Positions 30,147 through 40,910 of a stretch of 64,000 nt of DNA are shown piece after piece (within the stretch, counting starts at the first letter, position 1; every line of letters starts with the position of its first letter). The stretch spans positions 9,048 to 73,047 of the forward strand of contig QHSX01000064.1 of assembly GCA_003221695.1 (NCBI GenBank), read 5' to 3'. The notes below the pieces were generated by a model. That model was not told the origin of the DNA and made no database searches. It saw only the letters and a list, made by a program, of their open reading frames with translations. Position numbers and translations under genes: made by a program. Source of the stretch: Candidatus Rokuibacteriota bacterium. Its GTDB lineage: Bacteria > Methylomirabilota > Methylomirabilia > Rokubacteriales > CSP1-6.

Positions 30147-31123
30147 AGACCGACGTCGTCGACCGCCTCGAGGCGGTGGGCGCCGCCGCGTGGGATCACC
30201 TCGTGGCGCAGAGTCGCCTGCGGTCGCCGTTCCTCACATGGACCTGGCAGCGCGAGTGGACGCGGACGTTCGCCGCCGACCGGCGCCTCGAGATCAGGCG
30301 CGTCGAAGACGCCGAGGGCCAGCTCGTGGCCCTCCTGCCGCTTCACGAGGCCGCGCCGGGCGTGCTCACGCTCATCGGCGGCGGCGACATTTCCGACTAC
30401 CTCGACCTGATCGCGCTCGCCGGCCGGGAGGAAGAGGCGTGGATGGCGCTCCTCGAGTCGCGCGCGGCGGAGCGGGTCGCGTGGGACCTCCACGCCGTCC
30501 CCGGGACCTCGCCGACCGTGACGGCGCTCCCCCAGCTCGCCCGAGCGTGCGGGCTCTCCGCGTCGGTTGCGGTCGAGGAGCGCTGTCCCGTCCTGGTCCT
30601 GCCGTCCTCGTGGGACGGGTATCTGGCCTCCCTCAGCGGCAAGCACCGCCACGAGCTCGTGCGGAAGATGCGGCGGCTCGAGCGCGAGACGCCCGAGGCG
30701 CGGGCCGTGTGCGCGAGCCGCCCCGCCGACGTCGAGGACCGGCTCGGCGACTTCTTCGACCTCCATCGCCGCTCCCGAGCCGGGAAGGCGCGTTTCATGG
30801 ACGTCCGGATGGAGGCGTTCTTCCGACGCGTCACGACGGCGTTCGTCGAGCGCGGCGCCGCCCGGCTGTGGTTCCTCGACACGACCTCCGGACCCATCGC
30901 GTCTTTCATCACGCTCGAGTGGGATGACACGGTCGGCCTCTACAACTCGGGGTTCCACCCGGACCGGGCGACGCTGTCCCCCGGCGTGGTCCTGCTCGGG
31001 CACCTGATCCGCGACGCGATCGAGCGCGGGAAGCGGCGCTTCGACTTCCTGCGGGGCGAGGAGCGGTACAAGTACGAGTTCGAGCCCGTCGCCAAGGACG
31101 TCTGCGCGGTGAAGATCACGTGA
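30143..31123 (+). CDS. GNAT acetyltransferase (CelD/BcsL-like)
   Basis: SDYLD, YNSGF..SPG, FDFLRGEERYKY. Confidence 0.82.
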   Translation: MKTDVVDRLEAVGAAAWDHLVAQSRLRSPFLTWTWQREWTRTFAADRRLEIRRVEDAEGQLVALLPLHEAAPGVLTLIGGGDISDYLDLIALAGREEEAWMALLESRAAERVAWDLHAVPGTSPTVTALPQLARACGLSASVAVEERCPVLVLPSSWDGYLASLSGKHRHELVRKMRRLERETPEARAVCASRPADVEDRLGDFFDLHRRSRAGKARFMDVRMEAFFRRVTTAFVERGAARLWFLDTTSGPIASFITLEWDDTVGLYNSGFHPDRATLSPGVVLLGHLIRDAIERGKRRFDFLRGEERYKYEFEPVAKDVCAVKIT

Positions 31124-32388
31124 GGGGGGGCGCCGCGCTCCGGGTCGCGATGCTCTCGGTCCACACGTGTCCGCTCGCCGCGCTCGGGGGCAAGGAGACG
31201 GGCGGGATGAACGTCTACGTCCGCGAGCTCTCCCGCGAGCTCGGTCGGATGGGCGTCGAGGTGGACGTGTTCACGCGCTCGCAGAACGCGTCGATCCCGC
31301 GCGTCGTCCCCCTCGGCGCGCGCGCGCGCGTCATCCATCTCGCCGCGGGCCCGGAAGCCCCGATGCCGCGGGCCGAGATCCACGCGTACCTCGACGAGTT
31401 CGTGGACGGCGTCGATGCGTGGCGGCTCACGCAGGGCGCGGAATACGACCTCATCCACGCCCACTACTGGCTCTCCGGCGTCGCGGCGCTGGCCTTGCGG
31501 GAGCGGTGGTCGGTGCCGGTGCTCCAGATGTTCCACACGCTCGGCCGACTGAAGAACCGGGCAGCGCGGAGCGCGGCCGAGCTGGAGCCGGCGCTCCGCC
31601 TCCGCGAGGAGACGCGCATCGTCCGGGCGTCCGATCGCGTGGTCGCCGCGAACGTCGTGGAGCGCGCCGAACTGCTCCGCGACTATGCGGTGCACGCGCC
31701 GCGCATCGCGACGATCCCGTGCGGTGTGGACACGGCGCTCTTCGCGCCGGGTGACCGCGCGGCGGCGCGTGTGGCGCTCGCGCTCGACGCGCACCCGGTG
31801 TTGCTCTGGGTAGGGCGCATCGCGCCGATCAAGGGGCTCGACACGCTGCTCGACGCCATCGCGTGCCTGCGCGCCGGCGGGACCGCGCTCACCCTTCTGA
31901 TCGTCGGCGGCGAGGCCGACGAGCCGCGGAACGGCCACGAGGCCGCCCTGCGCGAGCGGATCGAGCGGCTCCACCTGGACGCGGCGGTCCGCTTCGTCGG
32001 GCCGCTCCCCCAGGACGTGCTGCCGACCTACTACATCGCCGCGGACGTCACCGTGCTGCCCTCGTACTACGAGTCGTTCGGCATGGTGGCCCTCGAGGCG
32101 ATGGCGTGCGGGAGCCCGGTCATCGCCTCCCGCGTGGGCGGCCTCGTGACGACCGTGCGTGACGGCGTGACCGGCTTTCTCGTCCCCGAGAGCGACGTCG
32201 CGGCGCTCGCCGAGCGCATCGGGGGGCTGATCGCCGATCCAGACCTGCGTTGGCACATCGGGCGCGAGGGCGTGCGCTGGGCGAGGGCGCACCGGTGGCC
32301 GTGCGTGGCAGAGGCGATCTGTCGCGAATACGCGTCGCTCGAGCCCAGCGCGACACTCCACCTGGCGGCCGCGCGCTGCCGGGACTGA
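31120..32388 (+). CDS. MshA-like glycosyltransferase (GT4)
   Basis: SVHTCPL..GGMNVYV, HAHYWLSG, ESFGMVALEA. Confidence 0.85.
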   Translation: MRGGAALRVAMLSVHTCPLAALGGKETGGMNVYVRELSRELGRMGVEVDVFTRSQNASIPRVVPLGARARVIHLAAGPEAPMPRAEIHAYLDEFVDGVDAWRLTQGAEYDLIHAHYWLSGVAALALRERWSVPVLQMFHTLGRLKNRAARSAAELEPALRLREETRIVRASDRVVAANVVERAELLRDYAVHAPRIATIPCGVDTALFAPGDRAAARVALALDAHPVLLWVGRIAPIKGLDTLLDAIACLRAGGTALTLLIVGGEADEPRNGHEAALRERIERLHLDAAVRFVGPLPQDVLPTYYIAADVTVLPSYYESFGMVALEAMACGSPVIASRVGGLVTTVRDGVTGFLVPESDVAALAERIGGLIADPDLRWHIGREGVRWARAHRWPCVAEAICREYASLEPSATLHLAAARCRD

Positions 32389-32528
32389 CGGACCGCGGGC
32401 ACGGTCCGCGCTCGGTGTCGAATCTCCGACCACCCGTGGTCAGGCTCTTTCCAATTTTGTGGGTCCACTCCGCGGAACGCCCATCGCGGCGTTCTTTTCC
32501 GAGCCGACGTTAGGCATTTCCGGATTAG

Positions 32529-32544
32529 TGGCACGGCGCTTGCT
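32529..32544 (+). promoter_or_regulatory. Sigma54 -24/-12 promoter
   Basis: TGGCACGGCGCTTGCT matches TGGCACG-N4-TTGC, 30 nt before the ATG. Confidence 0.75.
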
Positions 32545-32574
32545 GTGGTCCAGCGGGAGGGGTCTGCACGAGCT

Positions 32575-34518
32575 ATGCGCGTTCTCGTCGTGGAAGACGA
32601 TCCGCTGCTGTGCGACGTCCTGCGGGACTTTCTCTACGAGCTCGGCCACGAACCGGTCGTCACTCACTGCGCCGAGGATGCGCTCGCGCGCATGGGCCTG
32701 GAGCTCCCCGACGCTGTCCTGCTCGACATCTACCTCCCCGGCATCAGCGGGCTCGACTTCCTGCAGCTCCAGACCACGCGCGAGTCGCGCATCCCGATCG
32801 TGGCGATCTCGGGCATGGCGGCGGAGAGCCAGGCGCGCGAGTGCGTGCAGCTCGGCGCGGTCGACTTTTTGCCGAAGCCCGTCGAGCTCGAACGCCTGCG
32901 AGAGGTCCTCACGTGTCTCGAGCCCCACGCCGGCCGGCGGTCCCCCGCGGCGCACCGACACGAGCGGCGGCGGGCGCCGCGCGCGGCCGTCGCCGTTCCC
33001 ATCCGCGTCGTCGAGGACGGCGGCGCCGAGTGGGAGGCGACCTCCGAGGACCTCAGCGCGGTCGGCGTCAGGCTCCGCTCGAGCCAGGCGGTCAGCCCGG
33101 GCGGCGCGGCCAGGCTCTCGTTCGCGCTTCCCGACGGCGACGGGACGCTCGAGGTCAGCGCCATGCTCGTCAGGTCCGACGGCCGGGGCTACGCGTTCGA
33201 CTTCGTCAGCCCCACCGAAGGCCAGCTCGGGCGGCTGCGCGAGTTCGTCCAGCGGCGCGACGCCGGCGCCGCGCGCGCCGTCGAGCCGCACTTCCGCGTC
33301 CTGCGGGCGATCTCGCGGGCCCTCAGCCTGAGTCTCGACGTCGACCAGATGCTGCGCATCGCCCTCGACGCGCTCACGCGCGTGACCGGGCACGAGGTCT
33401 CGAGCCTCCATCTCCTGTCCGACGACCGGAGGACGCTGCGCCTGCTCGCCGACCGCGGCCTCGGGCCCGAGTTGCGCGAGGCGAACCGCGTGCTCAAGGT
33501 CGGCCAGGGTGTGATCGGGCGCGTGGCGGTCACCGGCGAGACGGTGCACCTGACGAACGCGGCCTCCTGTACGGACCTCCCGCCGGCCGAGCGGGCGGTC
33601 GTCGAGCGGGAGGGGATCCGCGGCCTCGTCTGCGTCCCGCTGCAGAGCCGCGGACGCATCCTGGGTGCCCTGTCGCTCGCCCGGCGGACGCCGGAGCCCT
33701 TCACGGATGCCGAGATCGCGCTCCTGGAGGCGGCCGCGAACCAGATCAGCCTGGCGCTCGACAACGCCCGACTGTACTCGGAGACCCGGACCCAGCTCGA
33801 CGAGATCAAACAGGCCGAGACCCAGCGGGCGGAGGGCGAGCGGCTCTCCACGGTCGGCAAGCTGGCGGCTGGCCTCGTGCACGAGATCAACAACCCGCTC
33901 ACGGTCATCCTCGGCCAGGCAGAGCTCGTGATGACGGAGCTCGCGGATTCGACGCGGGGGCGGGAGCGCGTGCGCATCATCCTCCAGGAGACGTCGCGGG
34001 CCGCGCGTTTACTACAGAAGGTTCTGCAGCTCGCGCAGCCACAGCCTTCCGAGCGCCGGCCGTGTGCCCTCCTGGACCAGGTGCAGTGGGTGCTCGGGGC
34101 GAAGCGCCACGAGCTCGACCGGGATGGCATCCGAGTCGTCACCGAATTCGCGCCGATCCCGTCCGTGTACGCCGACCAGGACCAGATCCGACAGGTGCTC
34201 CTCAACCTCGTCCAGAACGCGCAGCAAGCGATGGCGAAGCATCCCGGGCCGCGCGTGCTGACGCTCTCGACCGCGGAGGCGGACGGGCGCGTCCGGGTCG
34301 AGGTACACGACACCGGGCCCGGCATCCCACCGGAGACGCTCCCGCGGATCTTCGACGCGTTCTTCACGACCAAGCCCGCCGGCGAGGGCACCGGCCTCGG
34401 CCTCTGGGTGTCCTACGGCATCATCGAGCAGCACCAGGGCCGGCTCAGCTGCGAGTCGCGCCCCGACGGCGGCGCGACCTTCATCGTCGAGTTACCGTTC
34501 CGGAAAATGCCGAGCTGA
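32575..34518 (+). CDS. Hybrid sensor kinase REC-PilZ-GAF-HisKA-HATPase
   Basis: REC (VEDD, LLDI, FLPKP); PilZ (RRAPR, DLSAVG); GAF; HEINNPL, NLVQNA, DTGPGI, GTGLGL. Confidence 0.85.
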   Translation: MRVLVVEDDPLLCDVLRDFLYELGHEPVVTHCAEDALARMGLELPDAVLLDIYLPGISGLDFLQLQTTRESRIPIVAISGMAAESQARECVQLGAVDFLPKPVELERLREVLTCLEPHAGRRSPAAHRHERRRAPRAAVAVPIRVVEDGGAEWEATSEDLSAVGVRLRSSQAVSPGGAARLSFALPDGDGTLEVSAMLVRSDGRGYAFDFVSPTEGQLGRLREFVQRRDAGAARAVEPHFRVLRAISRALSLSLDVDQMLRIALDALTRVTGHEVSSLHLLSDDRRTLRLLADRGLGPELREANRVLKVGQGVIGRVAVTGETVHLTNAASCTDLPPAERAVVEREGIRGLVCVPLQSRGRILGALSLARRTPEPFTDAEIALLEAAANQISLALDNARLYSETRTQLDEIKQAETQRAEGERLSTVGKLAAGLVHEINNPLTVILGQAELVMTELADSTRGRERVRIILQETSRAARLLQKVLQLAQPQPSERRPCALLDQVQWVLGAKRHELDRDGIRVVTEFAPIPSVYADQDQIRQVLLNLVQNAQQAMAKHPGPRVLTLSTAEADGRVRVEVHDTGPGIPPETLPRIFDAFFTTKPAGEGTGLGLWVSYGIIEQHQGRLSCESRPDGGATFIVELPFRKMPS

Positions 34519-34572
34519 CCGGCCCCCGGGAGCTACGCGCGGCTCGGAGCGCGTGCTACACTCCCGCGCACC

Positions 34573-35571
34573 GTGGGAGCCCTCCTCGAAGTCGAGAACC
34601 TGACGACCGAATTCGTGACGCGGGGCGGCGTCGTCCGGGCCGTGGACGGCGTCTCGTGGGATGTCCGGGAAGGGGAGACCGTCGCCCTCGTCGGGGAGTC
34701 GGGCTGCGGCAAGAGCGTCAGCGCGCTTTCCGTCATGCGCCTCATCGCCGCGCCCGCCGGCCGCATCGTGGGGGGCCGGGTCCGCTTCAAGGGCCGGGAC
34801 CTCCTGGCGCTCTCCGATGAGGAGATGCGGCGGATCCGCGGCCGCGAGATCGCGATGATCTTCCAGGAGCCGATGACCTCCCTGAATCCGGTGCTGTCCA
34901 TCGCGCGTCAGCTCACGGAAGGGCTCGAGATCCACCTGGGGACGACGGCGGCGGAGGCGCGGCGTCGGGCGGCCGAGCTCCTGGCGACGGTCGGGATTCC
35001 CGACTCCGAGCGGCGGCTTCGGCAGTACCCGCATCAGTTCTCGGGGGGGATGCGCCAGCGAATGATGATCGCCATGGCGCTCGCGTGCAATCCGTCCCTG
35101 ATCCTCGCCGACGAGCCCACCACGGCGCTCGATGTCACGATCCAGGCGCAGATCCTCGAGCTGATGAAGGCTCTCTCGCGGCGGCTCGGCGTCGCGATGC
35201 TGATCATCACCCACAACCTCGGGGTCGTCGCCCGCTACGCCGATCGCGTGAACGTGATGTACGCGGGCCGCATCGTCGAGCGCGGGACCGCGCGCGAGCT
35301 CTACGCGCACCCGCGCCACCCCTACACGCTCGGCCTCCTGCGCTCGGTGCCCCGGCTCGACGAGCCGCGCCGCGCCCGGCTCGACCCGATCGAGGGGCAG
35401 CCACCCGACCTCACGCGACTGCCGGCCGGCTGCGCATTCGCGACGCGCTGCGCCTTCCGCGTCGAGCGGTGCGCCCGCGAGCGGCCCGGGCTCGTCGCGG
35501 TCGGCGGGGGCGGCCATGTGAGCGCCTGTTGGGAGGCAGAGCGCCTGGACCGGGCGCTGGCGATGCGATGA
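34573..35571 (+). CDS. Oligopeptide/dipeptide ABC ATPase (OppD-like)
   Basis: [17 protein letters not shown]-terminal Cys cluster. Confidence 0.92.
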   Translation: MGALLEVENLTTEFVTRGGVVRAVDGVSWDVREGETVALVGESGCGKSVSALSVMRLIAAPAGRIVGGRVRFKGRDLLALSDEEMRRIRGREIAMIFQEPMTSLNPVLSIARQLTEGLEIHLGTTAAEARRRAAELLATVGIPDSERRLRQYPHQFSGGMRQRMMIAMALACNPSLILADEPTTALDVTIQAQILELMKALSRRLGVAMLIITHNLGVVARYADRVNVMYAGRIVERGTARELYAHPRHPYTLGLLRSVPRLDEPRRARLDPIEGQPPDLTRLPAGCAFATRCAFRVERCARERPGLVAVGGGGHVSACWEAERLDRALAMR

Positions 35572-36548
35572 TCGACGGGCGCCCGCTGCTCGAGGTCCGG
35601 AACCTCGTCAAGCACTTCTACGTCTCGGGCGGGCTCTTCGGCGGGCGGGAGGGCGTCGTCCGCGCCGTGGACGACGTGAGCTTCGCGATCCATCGCGGCG
35701 AGACGCTGGGGCTCGTCGGCGAATCCGGCTGCGGCAAGACCACGACCGGTCGGTGCATCCTCCAGCTCGAGCGGCCCACGCGCGGCCAGATCCTCTTCGA
35801 GGACCGCGACCTTGCGACCCTCGGCCCCGAGGAGCTCCGGGCGGTCCGCCGCCGTATGCAGGTGATCTTCCAGGATCCCTACAGCTCGCTGAACCCCCGC
35901 ATGACGGTGGGCCAGATCATCACCGAGCCGCTCGCGGTGCATCGCATCGTCCCCGACCCGGTGAAGCGCGAGGCGCGTGTCCAGGAGCTCCTGGGACACG
36001 TGGGCCTGCTCCCGCAGCATGCGCGGCGGTATCCCCATCAGCTCTCCGGTGGTCAGCGCCAGCGCGTGGGGATCGCGCGGGCGCTCGCCATGGAGCCCGC
36101 GCTCATCGTCTGCGACGAGCCGGTCTCCGCGCTCGACGTCTCGATCCAGGCGCAGATCATCAATCTGCTCGAGGATCTCCAGCGCGAGTTCGGCCTGACC
36201 TACCTGTTCGTCGCTCACGACCTCTCCGTCGTGCGCCACATCTCGGACCGCGTGGCGGTGATGTACCTCGGCAGGATCGTCGAGCTCGCCGACCGGAAGG
36301 CGCTCTACGACGACCCGCTGCACCCCTACACCCGCGCCCTGCTCTCCGCCGTGCCGATCCCCGACCCCGAGCTCGAGGCGCGCCGCGAGCACATCGTCCT
36401 GGGCGGGGAGGTCCCGAGCCCGTTGCACCCGCCGTCGGGGTGCGTCTTCCACCCTCGCTGTCCCATCGCGATCGACCGGTGCCGGGCGGTGGTGCCAGAG
36501 CTCCGCGAGATCAAGCCGGGCCACTGGGCGGCGTGCATCCTCGCTTGA
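35568..36548 (+). CDS. Oligopeptide/dipeptide ABC ATPase (OppF-like)
   Basis: [28 protein letters not shown]. Confidence 0.92.
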   Translation: MIDGRPLLEVRNLVKHFYVSGGLFGGREGVVRAVDDVSFAIHRGETLGLVGESGCGKTTTGRCILQLERPTRGQILFEDRDLATLGPEELRAVRRRMQVIFQDPYSSLNPRMTVGQIITEPLAVHRIVPDPVKREARVQELLGHVGLLPQHARRYPHQLSGGQRQRVGIARALAMEPALIVCDEPVSALDVSIQAQIINLLEDLQREFGLTYLFVAHDLSVVRHISDRVAVMYLGRIVELADRKALYDDPLHPYTRALLSAVPIPDPELEARREHIVLGGEVPSPLHPPSGCVFHPRCPIAIDRCRAVVPELREIKPGHWAACILA

Positions 36549-36627
36549 CAGGCCCGCGGCACGTGCTTAAATGCTGAAACCTTTCGTGGTCTTCCTCGGT
36601 TTCAAAGCCAACCCTCTGGAGGGATCG

Positions 36628-38220
36628 ATGCTCCATCGCCTGGCCCTCGTGATCGCGATCGTCGCCGCCGCGGCGGCGGCCCCTGCGGGGGCGCAGGAGA
36701 AGCCCCGTTACGGGGGCGAGCTGGTCTTCGCCGTGCCCTCGGAGCCACCGTCCTACGACGCCCACCGAGAGGAGACGTTCGGCGTCATCCACCCGATGGC
36801 CCCGCACTACAACACCCTGCTCCGACCCGACCCGACCGACAAGACGGCGAGCCGGATCGTGGGAGACCTCGCGGAGTCGTGGACGATCTCGAAGGACGGG
36901 CGCGTGTACACGCTCAAGCTCCACCGGGGCGTCAAGTTTCACGACGGCAGCGAGCTGACGTCTCGGGACGTCAAGGCCAGCTACGACAAGATCATCTTCC
37001 CGCCCGCCGGGGTCGCCTCCGACCGCAAGGGCGAGTACGTGGACGTCGAGGCCGTGCAGGCCCCCGACCCGTACACCGTCGTGTTCCGGCTCAAGTGGCC
37101 GTCCGGCTCGTTCCTCATGTCTCTGGCTTCGCCCTGGAACTGGATCTACAAGGCCGACATCCTCGCCAAGGACATGCGCTGGTACGAGACGCACGTGATG
37201 GGCACGGGCCCGTTCGTGTTCGTGGAGCACGTGAAGGGCTCGCACTGGGTGGGCAAGAAGAATCCCAACTACTGGGACAAGGGGAAGCCTTACCTCGACG
37301 GCTACCGTGCGATCTTCATCAAGGACTCGGCGGCGCAGGTGTCGGCGGTTCGCGGCGAGCGGGCGTACATCCAGTTCCGCGGCTTCGCACCCGCCGAGCG
37401 CGACAGTCTCGTCGCCGCGCTCGGGCCCAAGCTCACCGTCCAGGAGAGCCCCTGGAACTGCGTGATCCTGGTCGCGCTCAACCACGAGAAGAAGCCCTTC
37501 GACGACAAGCGGGTGCGTCGCGCGCTCACGCTCGCCATCGACCGCTACCAGGGGGCGCAGGCGCTGTCGAGGATCGCCATCGTGAAAGAGCCGGCCGGCG
37601 TGCAGGTGCCGGGGATGCCGTTCGCCACGCCCCCGGCGGAGCTCGAGAAGCTGGCCGGCTACGGGCGCGACATCGCCAAGGCCCGCGCCGAGGCCAGGCG
37701 CCTGCTCAGGGAGGCCGGGGTCCCCGACGGGTTCTCGTTCACCTACAAGAACCGCGGGGTCCCGATGCCGTACGAACCGCTCGGCGTCTGGCTCATCGAC
37801 CAGTGGCGGCAGATCGGACTCAACGTCCGCCAGGAGGTGATCGAGGCCGCCAAGTATTACGCCGAGCTCCGTGGAGGCAACTTCGAGGTGGCGGCCGACT
37901 TCCAGTGCGGCTACATCGTGGAGCCCGACCTCGATCTCTACAAGTTCCAGTCCAAGGACAAGAGTCCGGCCAACTACAGTCGCTACGTGGACCCGACCCT
38001 CGACGAGCTGTACGAGAAGCAGAGCCGCGCGGTCGACCCGGAGGAGCGCAAGAGGTACATCCGCGAGTTCGAGCGGCGGCTGCTCGACGAGGAAGTGCAC
38101 TACATCTACACGCTGCAGTGGCATCGGATCATCCCGCATCTGGCCAGGGTCCGGGGATGGACGATCACGCCGAGCCACTACCTGAACCAGCAGCTCGATG
38201 CGGTGTGGCTGACCGAGTAA
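36628..38220 (+). CDS. Peptide/nickel ABC substrate-binding protein (family 5), paralog 1
   Basis: LAESW, KFHDG, GTGPF. Confidence 0.9.
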   Translation: MLHRLALVIAIVAAAAAAPAGAQEKPRYGGELVFAVPSEPPSYDAHREETFGVIHPMAPHYNTLLRPDPTDKTASRIVGDLAESWTISKDGRVYTLKLHRGVKFHDGSELTSRDVKASYDKIIFPPAGVASDRKGEYVDVEAVQAPDPYTVVFRLKWPSGSFLMSLASPWNWIYKADILAKDMRWYETHVMGTGPFVFVEHVKGSHWVGKKNPNYWDKGKPYLDGYRAIFIKDSAAQVSAVRGERAYIQFRGFAPAERDSLVAALGPKLTVQESPWNCVILVALNHEKKPFDDKRVRRALTLAIDRYQGAQALSRIAIVKEPAGVQVPGMPFATPPAELEKLAGYGRDIAKARAEARRLLREAGVPDGFSFTYKNRGVPMPYEPLGVWLIDQWRQIGLNVRQEVIEAAKYYAELRGGNFEVAADFQCGYIVEPDLDLYKFQSKDKSPANYSRYVDPTLDELYEKQSRAVDPEERKRYIREFERRLLDEEVHYIYTLQWHRIIPHLARVRGWTITPSHYLNQQLDAVWLTE

Positions 38221-39854
38221 TGGCGACGAATCGCGCGCGCCGCCGGGGCTCCGAGACCGTGCGCGGTCTCGTGGTCGGTGTCGCCGGACTGATGCTCGCC
38301 GTGCTCGGCGGCACCGGCGCGGGCGCGCAGGAGCGGCCGCGCTACGGTGGCGAGCTCGTGTTCGTCGTCCCGACCGAGCCGGCATCCTACGACGGGCACC
38401 GCGAAGGGACGTTCGCGCTCGTCCACCCTGTCGCTCCGATTTACAATACGCTCCTCCGGTTCGATCCCACCGATCGTACGGGGACGCGGGTGGTGGGTGA
38501 CCTCGCCGAGTCGTGGACGATCGCCAGGGACGGCCGGACCTACACGTTCAGGCTCCGTCGCGGGGTGAAGTTCCACGACGGCAGCGACCTGACCTCGAAG
38601 GACGTGAAGGCGTCCTACGACAAGATCATCTTTCCGCCCTCTGGCGTCATCTCGTTCCGCAAAGGGCAGTACACGGCCGTCGAGGCGGTGGAGGCCCCGG
38701 ACGCCGCCACGGTCGTGTTCCGCCTCAAGTGGCCGTCGGCGTCGCTCATCACCGCTCTCGCCTCGCCCTTCAACTGGATCTACAGGGCCGACATCCTGGC
38801 GAAGGACGTGCACTGGTACGAGACGCACGTCATGGGCACGGGCCCCTTCATCTTCGTCGAGCACGTGAAGGGCGCATACTGGGCCGCCAGGAAGAACCCC
38901 AATTACTGGGACAAGGGCAAGCCCTATCTCGACGGCTACCGCGCACTCGTCGTCAAGGACGCCAACGCGCAGGTGGCGGCGGTCCGGGCCGAGCGCGCCC
39001 ACATCCAGTTCCGAGGGTTCACGCCCTCGGAACGGGACAGCCTCGTGCAGGCCCTCGGCGCCAAGATCGCGGTGCAGGAGAGCCCCTGGGACTGTGTCCT
39101 CCTGGTCGGGATGAACCACGAGAAGAAGCCGTGGGACGACAAGCGCGCGCGCCGGGCGCTCACGCTCGCGCTCGATCGCCACCAAGGCTCGCAGGCGCTC
39201 TCGAGAATCGCCATCGTGAAGAGCGTCGGAGGCGTGCAGGTTCCAGGGACACCGTTCGCGGCGCCGCCCGAGGAGCTCGAGAAGCTCGCCGGCTACTCTC
39301 ACGACGTCGCAAAGTCGCGGGCCGAGGCGCGCCGTCTCCTGACGGAGGCCGGCGTCCCGGAGGGCTTCTCGTTCAGCCTCAAGAACCGCAACGTCCCCAT
39401 GCCCTACGAGCCGATCGCCGTATGGCTGGTCGATCAGTGGCGGCAGGTCGGCCTCCAGGCGCGTCACGAGTTCATCGAGTCGACCAAGTGGGAGGCCGAT
39501 CTCCGAAACGGCGAGTACGAGGTCGCCGTCGACACCCAGTGCAGTTACGCCGTCGATCCGGACCTCGACCTCTACAAGTTTCAGTCGATGGGGATCAGCC
39601 ACAACAACTACGGCCGCTACACGGACACGGTCCTCGACGAGCTCTACCAGAAGCAGAGTCGCGCCCTCGATCCGGACGAGCGGAAGAAGTACGTCCGTGA
39701 ATTCGAGCGGCGGCTTCTGGACGAGGAGGCTCACTACGCCTACACGCTCCAGTGGCACCGCATCATTCCGCACAGCGCGAAGGTGCGCGGGTGGACCATC
39801 ACGCCCAGCCACTTCGTCAACAACCAGCTCGATACGGTGTGGCTTGCGGAGTAG
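38220..39854 (+). CDS. Peptide/nickel ABC substrate-binding protein, paralog 2
   Basis: Collinear with paralog 1; TAATG coupling. Confidence 0.9.
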   Translation: MATNRARRRGSETVRGLVVGVAGLMLAVLGGTGAGAQERPRYGGELVFVVPTEPASYDGHREGTFALVHPVAPIYNTLLRFDPTDRTGTRVVGDLAESWTIARDGRTYTFRLRRGVKFHDGSDLTSKDVKASYDKIIFPPSGVISFRKGQYTAVEAVEAPDAATVVFRLKWPSASLITALASPFNWIYRADILAKDVHWYETHVMGTGPFIFVEHVKGAYWAARKNPNYWDKGKPYLDGYRALVVKDANAQVAAVRAERAHIQFRGFTPSERDSLVQALGAKIAVQESPWDCVLLVGMNHEKKPWDDKRARRALTLALDRHQGSQALSRIAIVKSVGGVQVPGTPFAAPPEELEKLAGYSHDVAKSRAEARRLLTEAGVPEGFSFSLKNRNVPMPYEPIAVWLVDQWRQVGLQARHEFIESTKWEADLRNGEYEVAVDTQCSYAVDPDLDLYKFQSMGISHNNYGRYTDTVLDELYQKQSRALDPDERKKYVREFERRLLDEEAHYAYTLQWHRIIPHSAKVRGWTITPSHFVNNQLDTVWLAE

Positions 39855-39859
39855 CGGTC

Positions 39860-40813
39860 TTGGGCAAGTACATCCTCAAGCGACTCCTCTTGATGATCCC
39901 GACCCTGCTCGGCGTCGCGGTGATCATCTTCTTTCTGATGCGCGTCGTGCCGGGCGACATCGTCGAGCTGCGGTTCGCGGGCGAGAGCTCGTTCGCCTCG
40001 AAGGAGAACCTCGACAAGGAACGCGTCCGGCTCGGTCTGGACCAGCCGCTCTGGAGACAGTTCCTCGCCTGGATCACGGGGATCGTCCGGCTCGACTTCG
40101 GCAAGTCGATGTGGACCGGCGCTCCCATCCTCGAGGAGATCCGGTTGCGCTTTGCGCTGTCGCTGCAGCTCGCGATCATGGCCACGCTGATCGCCGTGCT
40201 GCTGGCGATCCCGCTTGGCGTCATCGCCGCGCTCAAGCAGGACACGTGGGTGGACTACGTCGTGCGGATCGTGTCGATCGCCGGGCTGGCGACGCCCTCG
40301 TTCTGGCTCGGCATCGTCTTCATCCTCGGACTCCTGATCGTCTTCAAGTGGCTTCCGCCCATGGTCTACACGCCGCTCTGGGTGGACCCCTGGCAGAACC
40401 TCCTGCAGCTCATCTGGCCGGCACTCGCGGTCGGCTACCGGTACTCGGCGGTCGCCACGCGCATGACGCGTTCGGCGATGCTCGAGGTGTTGCGAGAGGA
40501 CTACATCCGCACGGCCCGGGCCAAGGGACTCTGGGAGAAGCTCATCCTCTCGCGCCACGCGCTCAAGAACGCGATGCTGCCGGTGCTCACCGTGATCGCG
40601 CTCGAGTTCGCCTTCCTGATGGGCGGGCTCGTCGTGACCGAGCAGGTGTTCAACCTCAACGGGCTCGGTCTCCTCTTCGTCGAGGCGGTGGCCCACCGCG
40701 ACTACACGCTCACGCAGGCGCTCGTGATGCTCGTCGCGTTCGTCTTCATCTTCGTGAACTTCCTGGTCGACCTGGCGTACGCCTGGATCGACCCGCGCAT
40801 CAGATTCAGATGA
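39860..40813 (+). CDS. Peptide ABC permease (OppB-like)
   Basis: EDYIRTARAKG, DPRIR; TTG start inferred. Confidence 0.9.
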   Translation: MGKYILKRLLLMIPTLLGVAVIIFFLMRVVPGDIVELRFAGESSFASKENLDKERVRLGLDQPLWRQFLAWITGIVRLDFGKSMWTGAPILEEIRLRFALSLQLAIMATLIAVLLAIPLGVIAALKQDTWVDYVVRIVSIAGLATPSFWLGIVFILGLLIVFKWLPPMVYTPLWVDPWQNLLQLIWPALAVGYRYSAVATRMTRSAMLEVLREDYIRTARAKGLWEKLILSRHALKNAMLPVLTVIALEFAFLMGGLVVTEQVFNLNGLGLLFVEAVAHRDYTLTQALVMLVAFVFIFVNFLVDLAYAWIDPRIRFR

Positions 40814-40910
40814 TGGGACGGCTCGGATCGGGGATCCAAAGGACCACAACGCGTGATCGCGGCGGGGTGCGGGCGTGGCGCGAGCCCGGGTGCCCGCACC
40901 CGGTTCGGTG

